DNA from: an uncultured Anaeroplasmatales bacterium
Lineage (GTDB): Bacteria; Bacillota_I; Bacilli_A; Acholeplasmatales; JAEDCM01
NCBI GenBank assembly: GCA_964634685.1
Contig: CAZWLD010000003.1
Coordinates: 784-64,783, forward strand
Length of the DNA: 64,000 bases
Reading direction: 5' to 3'
The notes beneath the pieces were generated by a model, which saw only the letters and a list, made by a program, of their open reading frames with translations, was not told the DNA's origin and made no database searches. The translations under genes and the position numbers were made by a program. Positions 30,141 to 40,654 of the stretch are shown here, piece by piece. How positions within the stretch are numbered: position 1 is the first letter of the stretch; every line of letters starts with the position of its first letter.

Positions 30141-30162
30141 TATTGATTCCTCCTATTTTTAT

Positions 30163-30300
30163 CAAAAAGATAAGGTCATCTGCGTTTTGCAAATGACCTT
30201 GAAAAGTATTATATTAAGTTGTAAAATTAATTGAATTATTAACACAACTTCCACCAACCTTATATACATCAATTATATCAGATTTTATATTATTTGAGAA
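30163..30300 (-). promoter_or_regulatory. Promoter plus structured leader/attenuator of the RhuM gene
   Basis: TTCTCA (30300-30295), 17 nt, TG-A-TATAAT (30277-30272); hairpin 30250-30216; 12-bp hairpin 30200-30172 followed by ATCTTTTT. Confidence 0.55.
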
Positions 30301-30327
30301 TAATAAAATTAAATATGCCAATTTTCA

Positions 30328-30756
30328 TGTTACAGTTCAGTCGTGAAAGAATCGAAAAACGAGAATTAATTAAGACCTAAAAAAATATTTTCAATGAAAA
30401 TGCATCTTTTTTAGACTTTTTTTCAATTTTCTTTGAGAAAAAATGTTTTTCGATAATTTATGTACCTTTTTCTGGAGCTTGAGGGGATTTACATTATGAT
30501 ATTATATGTAATATAATAAACTTAGAAATAACCAAGAAGGTGCTTCATATGGCTACTAATTACGTTAAGCTTCGCGAAAAACAAATGGATAAATTAATTG
30601 AACAAAATGAATATCTCTGTGATTGGATCCATAAAAATATATTATTAGGCCGGTCTGTCCTATCAAAATAAAATCCAACGGATTATTTGCACATCATTTG
30701 CGTGAAATTATTCCGTTGGATTTATTTTTTTACCTAATCACGACTGAACTGTAACA
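30328..30756. mobile_element. MITE-like non-autonomous element or invertible segment, 429 bp
   Basis: Perfect 19-bp terminal inverted repeats TGTTACAGTTCAGTCGTGA (30328-30346 and 30738-30756); TCA on both flanks as a possible 3-bp TSD; no transposase inside. Confidence 0.7.
30549..30671 (+). CDS. 40-aa cargo ORF inside the IR element (MATNYVKLREKQMDKLIEQNEYLCDWIHKNILLGRSVLSK)
   Basis: Translated by hand; AAGGTG RBS 6 nt upstream, TTTACA-18-TATAAT promoter, terminator right after the stop. Confidence 0.55.
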   Translation: MATNYVKLREKQMDKLIEQNEYLCDWIHKNILLGRSVLSK

Positions 30757-30760
30757 TCAT

Positions 30761-31213
30761 TTATTTTAAATTAACCTGCTTTAAGGCTTTTTTCATTCTT
30801 CTGTTCATATCCTTTTCCTTTAAGGCGTCACGTTTATCATGAAGCTTTTTACCCCGACAAACGCCAACCTCGAGCTTGCATAAGCCTTGATTTAAATAAA
30901 TCTTCAAAGGAATCAAGGTTAAGCCATCTCTTTCAACATAGCCTCCAAGCTTAAGGATTTCCTTTTTATGTAATAAAAGCTTTCTTTCTCTCGTTTCCTC
31001 ATGATTATGAATATTTCCTTGGGCAAATTTCGCAATATTCATATTGATGACAAAGGCTTCACCATTTTTAATTCGAACATACGAATCGTTAATATTAACC
31101 TTTCCTAAACGAATTGATTTAATTTCGGTTCCGGTCAAAACTAAACCACATTCGTATTTATCCTCAATAAAATATTCAAACCCGACCTTTTTGTTTTGAG
31201 CGATGATTTTCAT
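30761..31213 (-). CDS. smpB: SsrA-binding protein
   Basis: IAQNKK...ECGLVLTGTEIKSIR...RKLLLHKKEI...GKKLHDKR. Confidence 0.96.
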   Translation of the reverse strand: MKIIAQNKKVGFEYFIEDKYECGLVLTGTEIKSIRLGKVNINDSYVRIKNGEAFVINMNIAKFAQGNIHNHEETRERKLLLHKKEILKLGGYVERDGLTLIPLKIYLNQGLCKLEVGVCRGKKLHDKRDALKEKDMNRRMKKALKQVNLK

Positions 31214-33341
31214 GTTTCCCCCCCTTTTTCTTTTTTCCCTTAACATGGTTATCTATACTTTTTACCAAACCAAAATCAATTGTTTTTGCGGCTTTACTTG
31301 CATTTGTAACCTTAACCTTAACGCGATCACCTAATTGGAAATAGCGTCTGCTAATTTCACCAATAATAATCATTCTTTGTTCATCAAAGGAATAATAATC
31401 AAAATCAATTTTGCTAATGTGGATTAAGCCTTCAACGCCATTAGGTAATTCCACAAACATTCCAAAATTAGTTAGTGATGAGATTATTCCCTCAAATACT
31501 TCACCAATATGTCCCTCCATATATTCCGCTGCCTTCATCGAAATAACATCCCGCTCACAATCAACAGCGGTTTTTTCACATTGGGACGTATATAAGGCAA
31601 ATTCCGGCAAATGGTTAATCCAATAATTAATATTTTCTTGATTTGTTTTCTTTTCAAACAAAAATTCATGAAGCATTCGATGAACAAGAGTATCTGGATA
31701 TCGTCTAATTGGCGAGGTAAAATGCGTATAATATTTTAAAGCTAAGCCATAATGGCCTAAGCATTCCTCACTGTAGCGCGCCTTCATCATTGATCTAAGC
31801 ATTAAAATATTGATTCCTTCGGCTCCTGGCTTTCCCTCTAAGGATAAAAGTAAGCTTTGGCAATCATGCGGCGTAATCTCATCGCTTAAAAAGCCAGCCT
31901 TATAGCCCATATTTTTGATAACATTCAAAACTGCATTGATTTTCTTTTTATCTGGAGCTTCGTGAACACGATAAATAAATGGCAAATTCATTTGATTTAT
32001 CGTTCTTGCGACCGTTTCATTAGCCATTAGCATAAATTCTTCAATAATGCCTTCCGCAACGCCCCGCGGCTTGATATATATTTCTAAAGGATAACCCTTT
32101 TCATCAACCTTAAATTTCGGTTCCTTGGTTTCAAAATCAATAGCACCTCTTAGGTAACGTGCATCCGATAGAATCGAAGCTAAATCCGCCATATCATCGA
32201 AGAAGCTCTTTAAATATTGGTAGCGAGCTACCATAATTTCATCATTATCTAAGATCGCATTAACAGCCGTATATGTCATTCGTTCATTCGAATTAATGAC
32301 ACTCGGGAAAATATGCGAATTAACAACATGACCATTTTGATCAATTTCCATTTCACAAGCAATTACTAAACGATCAACATGTGGATTAAGTGAACAAATA
32401 CCGTTACATAAACGCTCTGGAAGCATTGGAATAACGCGATCAACTAAATAAACAGATGTTCCTCGCAAATAAGCCTCTTGGTCAATTTTGGAGTCTCTTT
32501 TAACATAATGACTAACATCCGCAATATAAACGCCTAAAAAGAAATTGCCATTATCGAGCCTTTTTACGCTTACAGCATCATCTAAATCCTTAGCGTCCTC
32601 GCCATCAATTGTCACAACCGTATAATCTCTTCTGTCAATTCTTCCTTCGATTTCACTTTCATCAATCGTATCACTAATCGAGGCTGCCTCTTGATACACC
32701 TCATCACTAAACTTTGTCTCTAAATCATATTTATAGCAAACGGATAAGATGTCAATTCCTGGATCATTAATTGAACCCAAAATTTTCGTAACGGTCGCAT
32801 AAACATAATTAGGTCCATATTCGCTGATAAAGGCCTTTACCTTATGATCATTCATTGCGCCTAATGAATCTTCATCCTTAACTAAGATGTTAAATTTATC
32901 ATTTGGATTATCACTAATAATCAAATTGAAGCCTTGTCCACGCTTAAAGGTTCCAACAATCGTATGAGCTCCCCGCTCAATGATCCTGATGACATCGCCC
33001 TCACTCCTGAGCTCATCATCATATTCATAACAAACCTGCACTAAAACAATATCACCCGAAAAAGCGCCATTAACATTATTTTTGGGAATAAAAACATCAT
33101 CATGTCCTTCAATGGTCACAAAGCCATAGCCTTTATCCTTTACTTGGATTTGTCCTCGAAAAATATTATAAAGGCTTGGCTTACAATAGAAATTTTTCTT
33201 TTTTAATAAATACCCCTCTTCAACTAATTGATCAAGAGCCTTTTTTAAACCCTCTTGTTCACCAACAATATTTAAAAAGGCATTATATTGAAGCATTGTA
33301 AAGCTTTGATCATTAATGATTTCCATTATTTTTTCTTTCAC
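31176..33341 (-). CDS. rnr: Ribonuclease R
   Basis: RNB motif TIDGEDAKDLDDA, YTHFTSPIRRYPD, C-terminal S1 domain; secG-rnr-smpB synteny. Confidence 0.95.
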   Translation of the reverse strand: MKEKIMEIINDQSFTMLQYNAFLNIVGEQEGLKKALDQLVEEGYLLKKKNFYCKPSLYNIFRGQIQVKDKGYGFVTIEGHDDVFIPKNNVNGAFSGDIVLVQVCYEYDDELRSEGDVIRIIERGAHTIVGTFKRGQGFNLIISDNPNDKFNILVKDEDSLGAMNDHKVKAFISEYGPNYVYATVTKILGSINDPGIDILSVCYKYDLETKFSDEVYQEAASISDTIDESEIEGRIDRRDYTVVTIDGEDAKDLDDAVSVKRLDNGNFFLGVYIADVSHYVKRDSKIDQEAYLRGTSVYLVDRVIPMLPERLCNGICSLNPHVDRLVIACEMEIDQNGHVVNSHIFPSVINSNERMTYTAVNAILDNDEIMVARYQYLKSFFDDMADLASILSDARYLRGAIDFETKEPKFKVDEKGYPLEIYIKPRGVAEGIIEEFMLMANETVARTINQMNLPFIYRVHEAPDKKKINAVLNVIKNMGYKAGFLSDEITPHDCQSLLLSLEGKPGAEGINILMLRSMMKARYSEECLGHYGLALKYYTHFTSPIRRYPDTLVHRMLHEFLFEKKTNQENINYWINHLPEFALYTSQCEKTAVDCERDVISMKAAEYMEGHIGEVFEGIISSLTNFGMFVELPNGVEGLIHISKIDFDYYSFDEQRMIIIGEISRRYFQLGDRVKVKVTNASKAAKTIDFGLVKSIDNHVKGKKKKGGKHENHRSKQKGRV

Positions 33342-33416
33342 AGTATCACCACCTAACTATATTGTTTACAAATTTAATTATTTTAGAAAATAAAAAGGCT
33401 TCCAAGGAAACCTTTT

Positions 33417-33650
33417 TTATCTAGGAAAAACATTAAACCAATTCAATACTAATAATGTAAGAAAGCATACAGACACTACTAATGTTGTCATTGTTAAAAT
33501 AAATTCAAAACCACGTTGCTTTTGATTTTTAAACAATTCTGATTTTTCTCCACTAAAAGCGTCTGCTATATCATCTTGGCTTGATTGTAAAGCCACAAGT
33601 ACAATTAAGATTATTGATAGTATTAATATTAGCCAATCTGCCCAAATCAT
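33417..33650 (-). CDS. secG: Preprotein translocase subunit SecG
   Basis: Two TMs flanking LQSS...AFSG...LF...QRG; GGAGG RBS; upstream of rnr. Confidence 0.88.
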   Translation of the reverse strand: MIWADWLILILSIILIVLVALQSSQDDIADAFSGEKSELFKNQKQRGFEFILTMTTLVVSVCFLTLLVLNWFNVFPR

Positions 33651-33771
33651 TTCATTTCCTCCTAACAATGCTATAATCAAGCATATATTTGCTATTGAAA
33701 AAGTATCCATATAAAATTATATCATTTATCAAGAAAATATGCAATAGAAATTTTATCTATAAATCAGAAAA

Positions 33772-34038
33772 TTATTTCACTTCAATTATTTTGTCAAGAT
33801 AATCTTCCAATTCATCGATAGTCCATCCTTTTCGCCTTGCCATTCTATCTTTCTCAATTTCAAGAAGCTCTTCCCTTAGCTTCAACATTTTCTCCCGACG
33901 ATTGTAAGTTTCAATATCCATAACAACCAAATCACCCTCACCATTTTTTGTGAGAAAAACCGGTTCTTTTGTTTTGCGACACATCTCTGCAATCTCCTTA
34001 TAATTCCTTCGAATTGCCGCTGATGGACGGATGATCAT
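33772..34038 (-). CDS. Phd/YefM-family antitoxin (no adjacent toxin)
   Basis: IRPSAAIRRNY...EPVFLTKNGEGDLVVMDIETY. Confidence 0.85.
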   Translation of the reverse strand: MIIRPSAAIRRNYKEIAEMCRKTKEPVFLTKNGEGDLVVMDIETYNRREKMLKLREELLEIEKDRMARRKGWTIDELEDYLDKIIEVK

Positions 34039-34308
34039 CGAAACACCTTCTCATATAGTATCGATATTCTAACTATAATATATTCAAATTCTACATTATT
34101 GTCAAGAAATAAAGAATTTAATAATAATTGAAATTTCATCTATCGAATTATTTATAATCTGCATATTATCAATCTTTATCTGCATATTTTTTTAAGAAAA
34201 GTATGCACAAAGAACATATATAATAATTAACTAACAATCATTAATCATTCAAAGTCAACCTATATTATATATGAATTGTTCATTTGTTATTCTTAGATTT
34301 ATTATATA

Positions 34309-34350
34309 AAAATCCAATGGATTATTTATGATTTTCCATTGGATTTATTT
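34309..34350 (-). terminator. Terminator hairpin of the ABC exporter operon
   Basis: AAATCCAATGGA / TCCATTGGATTT stem directly after the TAG stop. Confidence 0.65.
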
Positions 34351-36147
34351 CTAAATTTCTTCTTTAAATTGAAGACGATATAAATTATAATATTGACCCT
34401 TTTTCTTTAATAATTCCTGATGATTTCCTTGTTCAATAATTTCTCCATGCTTGATAAGAATAATATTATCCGCATGTTGAATTGTTGATAAACGATGGGC
34501 AACAATGAGCATTGTTCCAATATTCATCATATGCTCGAGAGAGTCTTGAATTAAGACTTCCGTTTCCGTATCAATATTAGCCGTAGCCTCATCAAGAATC
34601 ATAATTTTAGGCTTATGCACAATCGTACGGGCAAAGCTTAATAATTGTCTTTGTCCAGCCGAGAAATTATTTCCTCGCTCCCGTACCGGCTCCTCATATT
34701 TATTCGCTAATTTTTCAATAAAATGATTTGCATTAACATATTTACAAGCCTCTTCAACATCATTAAAGGTTATGCTTTCATCACGCATAACAATATTAGA
34801 ATAAATACTACCGCTGAAAAGGAAAACATCCTGAAGCATTTGACCGATGCTTTTGCGAAGGGATGATATCTTAATATCCTTGATATTTATTCCATCAATG
34901 AAAATATCTCCCTTTTGGATATCATAATTTCTTACAATCAAATTCAAAATTGTCGATTTACCTGAGCCTGTTGCGCCGACAAAGGCCACCGTTTGTTTTG
35001 GTAAAACCTTAAATGAAACATCCTTTAAGATCCATTCACCCTCTTTATATGCAAACCAAACATTTTTAAATTCAATTTCTCCCTTAACGTCAGTTAATTC
35101 AATCGCATCCTCTTTATCAACAATGATTGGCTTCGTATCTAAAACCTCGAAAATTCTTTCACTTGAGGCAAAGGCTGATTGTAAAACATTAAATTGATCA
35201 GCTAGCTGTTGAATTGGGTCAAAGAATTTGGATATATATTGATAGAAAACGACAACCGTAGCCCCGGTAACAATTCCTCCATTCATTCCACTCTTAGCCC
35301 CAAAATATAAAACTAAAATCGTCGCCACAAGATACAAGGCATAAATGGAAGGTCTAAAGATGGCGAAGGTATACATTTGTCGTAATGTACATTTCTTTAA
35401 ATCTTTGTTTTTCTCGTCAAATTCACGACCCTTTTTTTCTTCCTGATTGAAGATTTGGGTTATCTTCATACCGTAAATATTCTCCGATAAAAAGCCATTC
35501 ATTTCACTATTGCTTCCCCTTACCTCACGATGGGCTTTTCGTGAAAACTTTCGAAAAACAATACTAAAAACAATTACAAATGGACAAATAGCCAAAACAT
35601 ACAAGGTTAAGGTCCAATTGACCATAAACATAAAAACTAACACAAAAATCAAGGTTGCGCAGCTTTTAAATAAATTAATAACTGTTCTTGTAAATAAATC
35701 ATTAATAGCATTTGTATCATTAGTTACTCTCGTTACGAGTTTTCCAACAGGAACGGCATTTAGCTGTTCAATTGATAATGATTCAAGATGAGTGAAAACC
35801 TCTTCCCTAACATCAAACATAACATTTTGACCAGCCCTTTGTAAGGTCATCGTTTGATTGTAGGTCAGAAAAGCAATAACTAAAATGCAAAGCAAATATA
35901 AAACTACCAAAACGACAATCGGCCAAAATTCTCCGGTTTGGTTTAAAAAAGGAATCGGAATTTCTCTTCCACTCAATAAATCAATAACATAACCCATTAA
36001 TAAGGGTAAGCAAACATCAATTAAAACAATTAGGATGGCTAAAACAACCGCAAGCGCAAATTTTTTCTTTTGCGGAATAGCATATTTAATTAATCTTTTG
36101 ATAATGTCCATGTCCTTCATGGAACGTCCTTGTTTATCCTGAATCAT
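34351..36147 (-). CDS. Heterodimeric type IV ABC exporter, subunit with consensus Walker B
   Basis: Six TMs plus GATGSGKST, FSAGQ, ILDEA; TAAATG coupling to the upstream gene. Confidence 0.9.
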   Translation of the reverse strand: MIQDKQGRSMKDMDIIKRLIKYAIPQKKKFALAVVLAILIVLIDVCLPLLMGYVIDLLSGREIPIPFLNQTGEFWPIVVLVVLYLLCILVIAFLTYNQTMTLQRAGQNVMFDVREEVFTHLESLSIEQLNAVPVGKLVTRVTNDTNAINDLFTRTVINLFKSCATLIFVLVFMFMVNWTLTLYVLAICPFVIVFSIVFRKFSRKAHREVRGSNSEMNGFLSENIYGMKITQIFNQEEKKGREFDEKNKDLKKCTLRQMYTFAIFRPSIYALYLVATILVLYFGAKSGMNGGIVTGATVVVFYQYISKFFDPIQQLADQFNVLQSAFASSERIFEVLDTKPIIVDKEDAIELTDVKGEIEFKNVWFAYKEGEWILKDVSFKVLPKQTVAFVGATGSGKSTILNLIVRNYDIQKGDIFIDGINIKDIKISSLRKSIGQMLQDVFLFSGSIYSNIVMRDESITFNDVEEACKYVNANHFIEKLANKYEEPVRERGNNFSAGQRQLLSFARTIVHKPKIMILDEATANIDTETEVLIQDSLEHMMNIGTMLIVAHRLSTIQHADNIILIKHGEIIEQGNHQELLKKKGQYYNLYRLQFKEEI

Positions 36148-37878
36148 TTACTTCACCTCATCCTCAAGCCTTTGAAGGTCAAACATTTCCTTATAGAGGC
36201 TACATCTTGACATCAATTCATCATGGGTACCATAGTCAACAATTTTTCCTTCATCAAGCAATAAAATCTTATCTAAATCCTTAACGGTCGATATACGATG
36301 AGCAATTAAAATAGTCGTTTTATTTTTACGAGATGACCTTAGATTATTAATAATCGTTTCTTCTGTTTTGGTATCAACAGCGGAAACCGAATCATCTAAA
36401 ATTAAAATTTTAGGATCCTTAATAACCGCCCGAGCAATGCTAATTCTTTGTTTTTGTCCACCCGATAGAGTAACTCCTCGTTCTCCAACCATCGTTTCAT
36501 ATTGATCCTTAAATTCCATAATGTTTTCATCGACATCACTGAAGATGGCAGCCTTTTTGATTTCCTCATCACTATAATCACCAGAGAAGCCAATGTTTTT
36601 ATTTACTGTCGCCGAGAACAAGAAATTATCCTGCGGAACATATCCAATCGCATCTCTAACCTTTTTAAATTCCAAATCCATAATATCATTGCCATCTAAA
36701 AAGATCGAATGCTTATCAATATTATAAATACGAAGAATGGAATTAACTAATGTTGTTTTACCGCAACCGGTTTTTCCAATAATTCCTACCATTTCGCCTT
36801 TTTTAATATCAAAGGAAATATTATCTAAGGCCTTTGTTTTGGCATTAGGATAGGTAAAGCTAAAGTTTTTAAAGCTAATAGCTCCTTCAATGTCCGCTTT
36901 GATTGGATTTTCATCCTTTATTTCGATTGGCTCATTCATCATCGCATTTATTCGCTTCAAGGAGGCACTAGCCTGACTATGCATATTAATTAATTGAGCA
37001 ATCGCCATCATCGGCCAAGTTAAACTTCCAAAGTAAGCAAAAAAGGTTGCGAGCTCACCAACTGATAAATCACCCTTATAGACAATATATCCACCATAGC
37101 CTAAAATAATGGCGCCAATTGAACTAATAAAAATGGTAACACAAATATCTAGGATTGTGGAATAACGGGCAAAGGCAATGTTTTTATCAACGTTATTTTT
37201 ATTGATTTTTCGGAATTCGTGAAGCTCTAGGGCCTCTTTAACAAAGGCCTTAACAACGGAAATTCCGGAAAAATTTTCTTGAGTGAAATCCGAAAGATCC
37301 TCGAAAGCCTTTTGTCTTTCGTCCCATTTCGCATCCATAAATTTTCCAATCACTCCACCCGAAGCAGCTAATGCCAATAAAGGAATCGAAGATAACAAAG
37401 TTAGCTTCCAATTCAATTGAAACATAAAGGTGAAGGCTAGTCCACCTAAAACAACCGCATCAATAAGCATAACGGTTCCCATTCCAAAAGCATCCTTAAT
37501 GGTAAATAAATCATTTGTATAAAGAGCCATCAACGCGCCCGTTTTATTCTCGTTATAATATTTTTGCGATAGATTTTCTGAATAATAGAACATATCACGA
37601 CGCATATTTGCTTCTATTCGCGCACTACAGCCAAAGATACAAACACGCCATGTGAAACGACCAACGAACATTACAACTAAAACCGCCAAAAGCGTGTATA
37701 AAATAGTTTGTAATGAGGCTTCGGTTAAGGTACTATCCTTAAGTCCATCGATGATTTGCCCTGTTACCTTTGGTAATAACAATTGAAAATAATCAACGGC
37801 CACTAAGGCAAGAATTCCTAACAAGAAAAAGTACCAGTATTTGAGATAATATTTATTAACATTTTTTCCAAAAATCAT
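36148..37878 (-). CDS. Heterodimeric type IV ABC exporter, subunit with degenerate Walker B
   Basis: Six TMs plus GKTGCGKTT, LSGGQ, ILDDS (E replaced by D). Confidence 0.9.
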   Translation of the reverse strand: MIFGKNVNKYYLKYWYFFLLGILALVAVDYFQLLLPKVTGQIIDGLKDSTLTEASLQTILYTLLAVLVVMFVGRFTWRVCIFGCSARIEANMRRDMFYYSENLSQKYYNENKTGALMALYTNDLFTIKDAFGMGTVMLIDAVVLGGLAFTFMFQLNWKLTLLSSIPLLALAASGGVIGKFMDAKWDERQKAFEDLSDFTQENFSGISVVKAFVKEALELHEFRKINKNNVDKNIAFARYSTILDICVTIFISSIGAIILGYGGYIVYKGDLSVGELATFFAYFGSLTWPMMAIAQLINMHSQASASLKRINAMMNEPIEIKDENPIKADIEGAISFKNFSFTYPNAKTKALDNISFDIKKGEMVGIIGKTGCGKTTLVNSILRIYNIDKHSIFLDGNDIMDLEFKKVRDAIGYVPQDNFLFSATVNKNIGFSGDYSDEEIKKAAIFSDVDENIMEFKDQYETMVGERGVTLSGGQKQRISIARAVIKDPKILILDDSVSAVDTKTEETIINNLRSSRKNKTTILIAHRISTVKDLDKILLLDEGKIVDYGTHDELMSRCSLYKEMFDLQRLEDEVK

Positions 37879-38913
37879 TTATTTCCCTCCAATCATATCT
37901 AATAGATTAATGCTTAACAAATCAAGCATTGAGCTATTAAGCTGATAATATACGCGTTTATTATCAATTGAGTCAACACAGGTTTCAACTAACCCTGCCT
38001 TTTTTAAAATATCAATGTGATGAAGAATTGTTGCGGGCGATAGCTCTAAGGTGTTCGCTATTTGCTGGACATACATTTTCTTTTTGATTGACAAAATCTT
38101 GACGAGCTTATACCGATTTTTATCACCTAAGGCCTTAAAGGCTAAAACCGCAAGCTCTTCCGTTTTTTTCTTATCGTCATTGATTTTTTTAATGATGTGA
38201 TACATATAATTTAGACCTAAATAATTGTCATCTAATTCATCATAGCTCCACACAGAATATTCAAAAATATTTAGAAAAACCTTGATGTTTTCATTTGGTA
38301 ATCGTCGTTCCTCTAGAAATTGATTGACATAGTCACTATTTAAAAGTGATTGCAGCTCAATAACCTTATCAGATACTAAATAATAATATTTAAATAATAA
38401 ATTTTTGACAATGGCTAAAGGCTCCTTTATTTTTTGTAAATAGCCTTCATAATTGCTATAAAAGCTCATCGAGGTCATTTTTTCATTATCAGTAAATTGA
38501 AAATTATTCATTTCATTAATTAAATCACTAATACAGCTGACATTTCTTCTTTTCTCACCCATCGGCTGGTAATATGATAAAAGCATTGAAAAAAAGAAAT
38601 TGATATCTTGTGATTTTGTCATATCATAAAACTTATAAAAGGCCTCTAAAAGACTACAATTTTTGAACATTGGTTCTACTAGCCGATTTAAATCAAAATC
38701 AAAATAGGAAGCAAAATTGATTTTATCTAAATCGCAAAAAATTTTATCCATATATAAATCATAATTTCTATAAATCTCTTTAATCTCATCTTTATCAACC
38801 CGAAACCTTGATAAATATGTGACCATTCGATTTTTATCAAGTCTTTTATAAAAATATCTTGTAATAATGATGGATGCTTCATAATTCCAATTTATTTCCT
38901 TTAGTATCTCCAT
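37879..38913 (-). CDS. ArsR/SmtB-family regulator with long N-terminal sensor domain
   Basis: C-terminal FKALGDKNRYKLV...ATILHHIDILKKAGLV wHTH; first gene of the ABC operon. Confidence 0.82.
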   Translation of the reverse strand: MEILKEINWNYEASIIITRYFYKRLDKNRMVTYLSRFRVDKDEIKEIYRNYDLYMDKIFCDLDKINFASYFDFDLNRLVEPMFKNCSLLEAFYKFYDMTKSQDINFFFSMLLSYYQPMGEKRRNVSCISDLINEMNNFQFTDNEKMTSMSFYSNYEGYLQKIKEPLAIVKNLLFKYYYLVSDKVIELQSLLNSDYVNQFLEERRLPNENIKVFLNIFEYSVWSYDELDDNYLGLNYMYHIIKKINDDKKKTEELAVLAFKALGDKNRYKLVKILSIKKKMYVQQIANTLELSPATILHHIDILKKAGLVETCVDSIDNKRVYYQLNSSMLDLLSINLLDMIGGK

Positions 38914-38929
38914 GTAATCACCGAATAAG

Positions 38930-38958
38930 ATTATATAATTTTATTTGATAAATGTCAA
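38930..38958 (-). promoter_or_regulatory. Promoter of the arsR-ABC operon
   Basis: TTGACA (38958-38953), 17 nt, TATAAT (38935-38930). Confidence 0.8.
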
Positions 38959-39143
38959 ATATTTTTTTATTCTTTATATTTAATAAATGTAATAAATAGA
39001 AAAAAAAGAAAAAGCGTCATTGACGCTAATTCATATAGTCTAAAAGATGTGGAAAGGTAGAAATTACTCTACACCTAAAGTATACACCAAAATCAAGTAT
39101 CTTTATCATAAATAATATTTATATGGGTATATAAAAAATTGAC

Positions 39144-39168
39144 AAAAAAAAGGATGCCGAGGCATCCT
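39144..39168 (-). terminator. eno terminator
   Basis: AGGATGCC / GGCATCCT stem with a U-run on minus. Confidence 0.75.
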
Positions 39169-39175
39169 CTTGAAA

Positions 39176-40510
<1,335 letters not shown>

Positions 40511-40583
40511 TTATTATATACTATTTCTTTTTTAAAATAAATAGAAAAATATAAATATTAGAAAAAGTAAGCGTTTTGCAAAG

Positions 40584-40616
40584 AAATAGGAACACCATAG
40601 AGATGTTCCTATTTTT
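40584..40616. terminator. Terminator after the giant LRR gene
   Basis: AAATAGGAACA / TGTTCCTATTT stem. Confidence 0.7.
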
Positions 40617-40654
40617 AGTAAGAAATACAGATTTTGAATTTTGTTATTTAAAAT

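Noticed and set aside
30300-30760. Intact tmRNA (ssrA) gene expected after smpB
   Set aside because: No GGGG 5' end, tag reading frame or pseudoknot-like region; only a possible 18-nt 3' fragment.
31218-31224. C7/G7 homopolymer as a phase-variation site
   Set aside because: It encodes the rnr C-terminus (KKGGK) and serves as the smpB ribosome-binding site in a housekeeping operon.
39056-39075. GTAGA/TCTAC hairpin containing TAATTTCTAC, reminiscent of a Cas12a repeat
   Set aside because: Single copy, no spacers, no cas genes; not a CRISPR array.
39030-39113. 27-codon minus-strand ORF (MIKILDFG...) ahead of a terminator-like palindrome at 39013-39027
   Set aside because: No RBS or clear promoter; the hairpin may simply insulate the arsR promoter from eno read-through.
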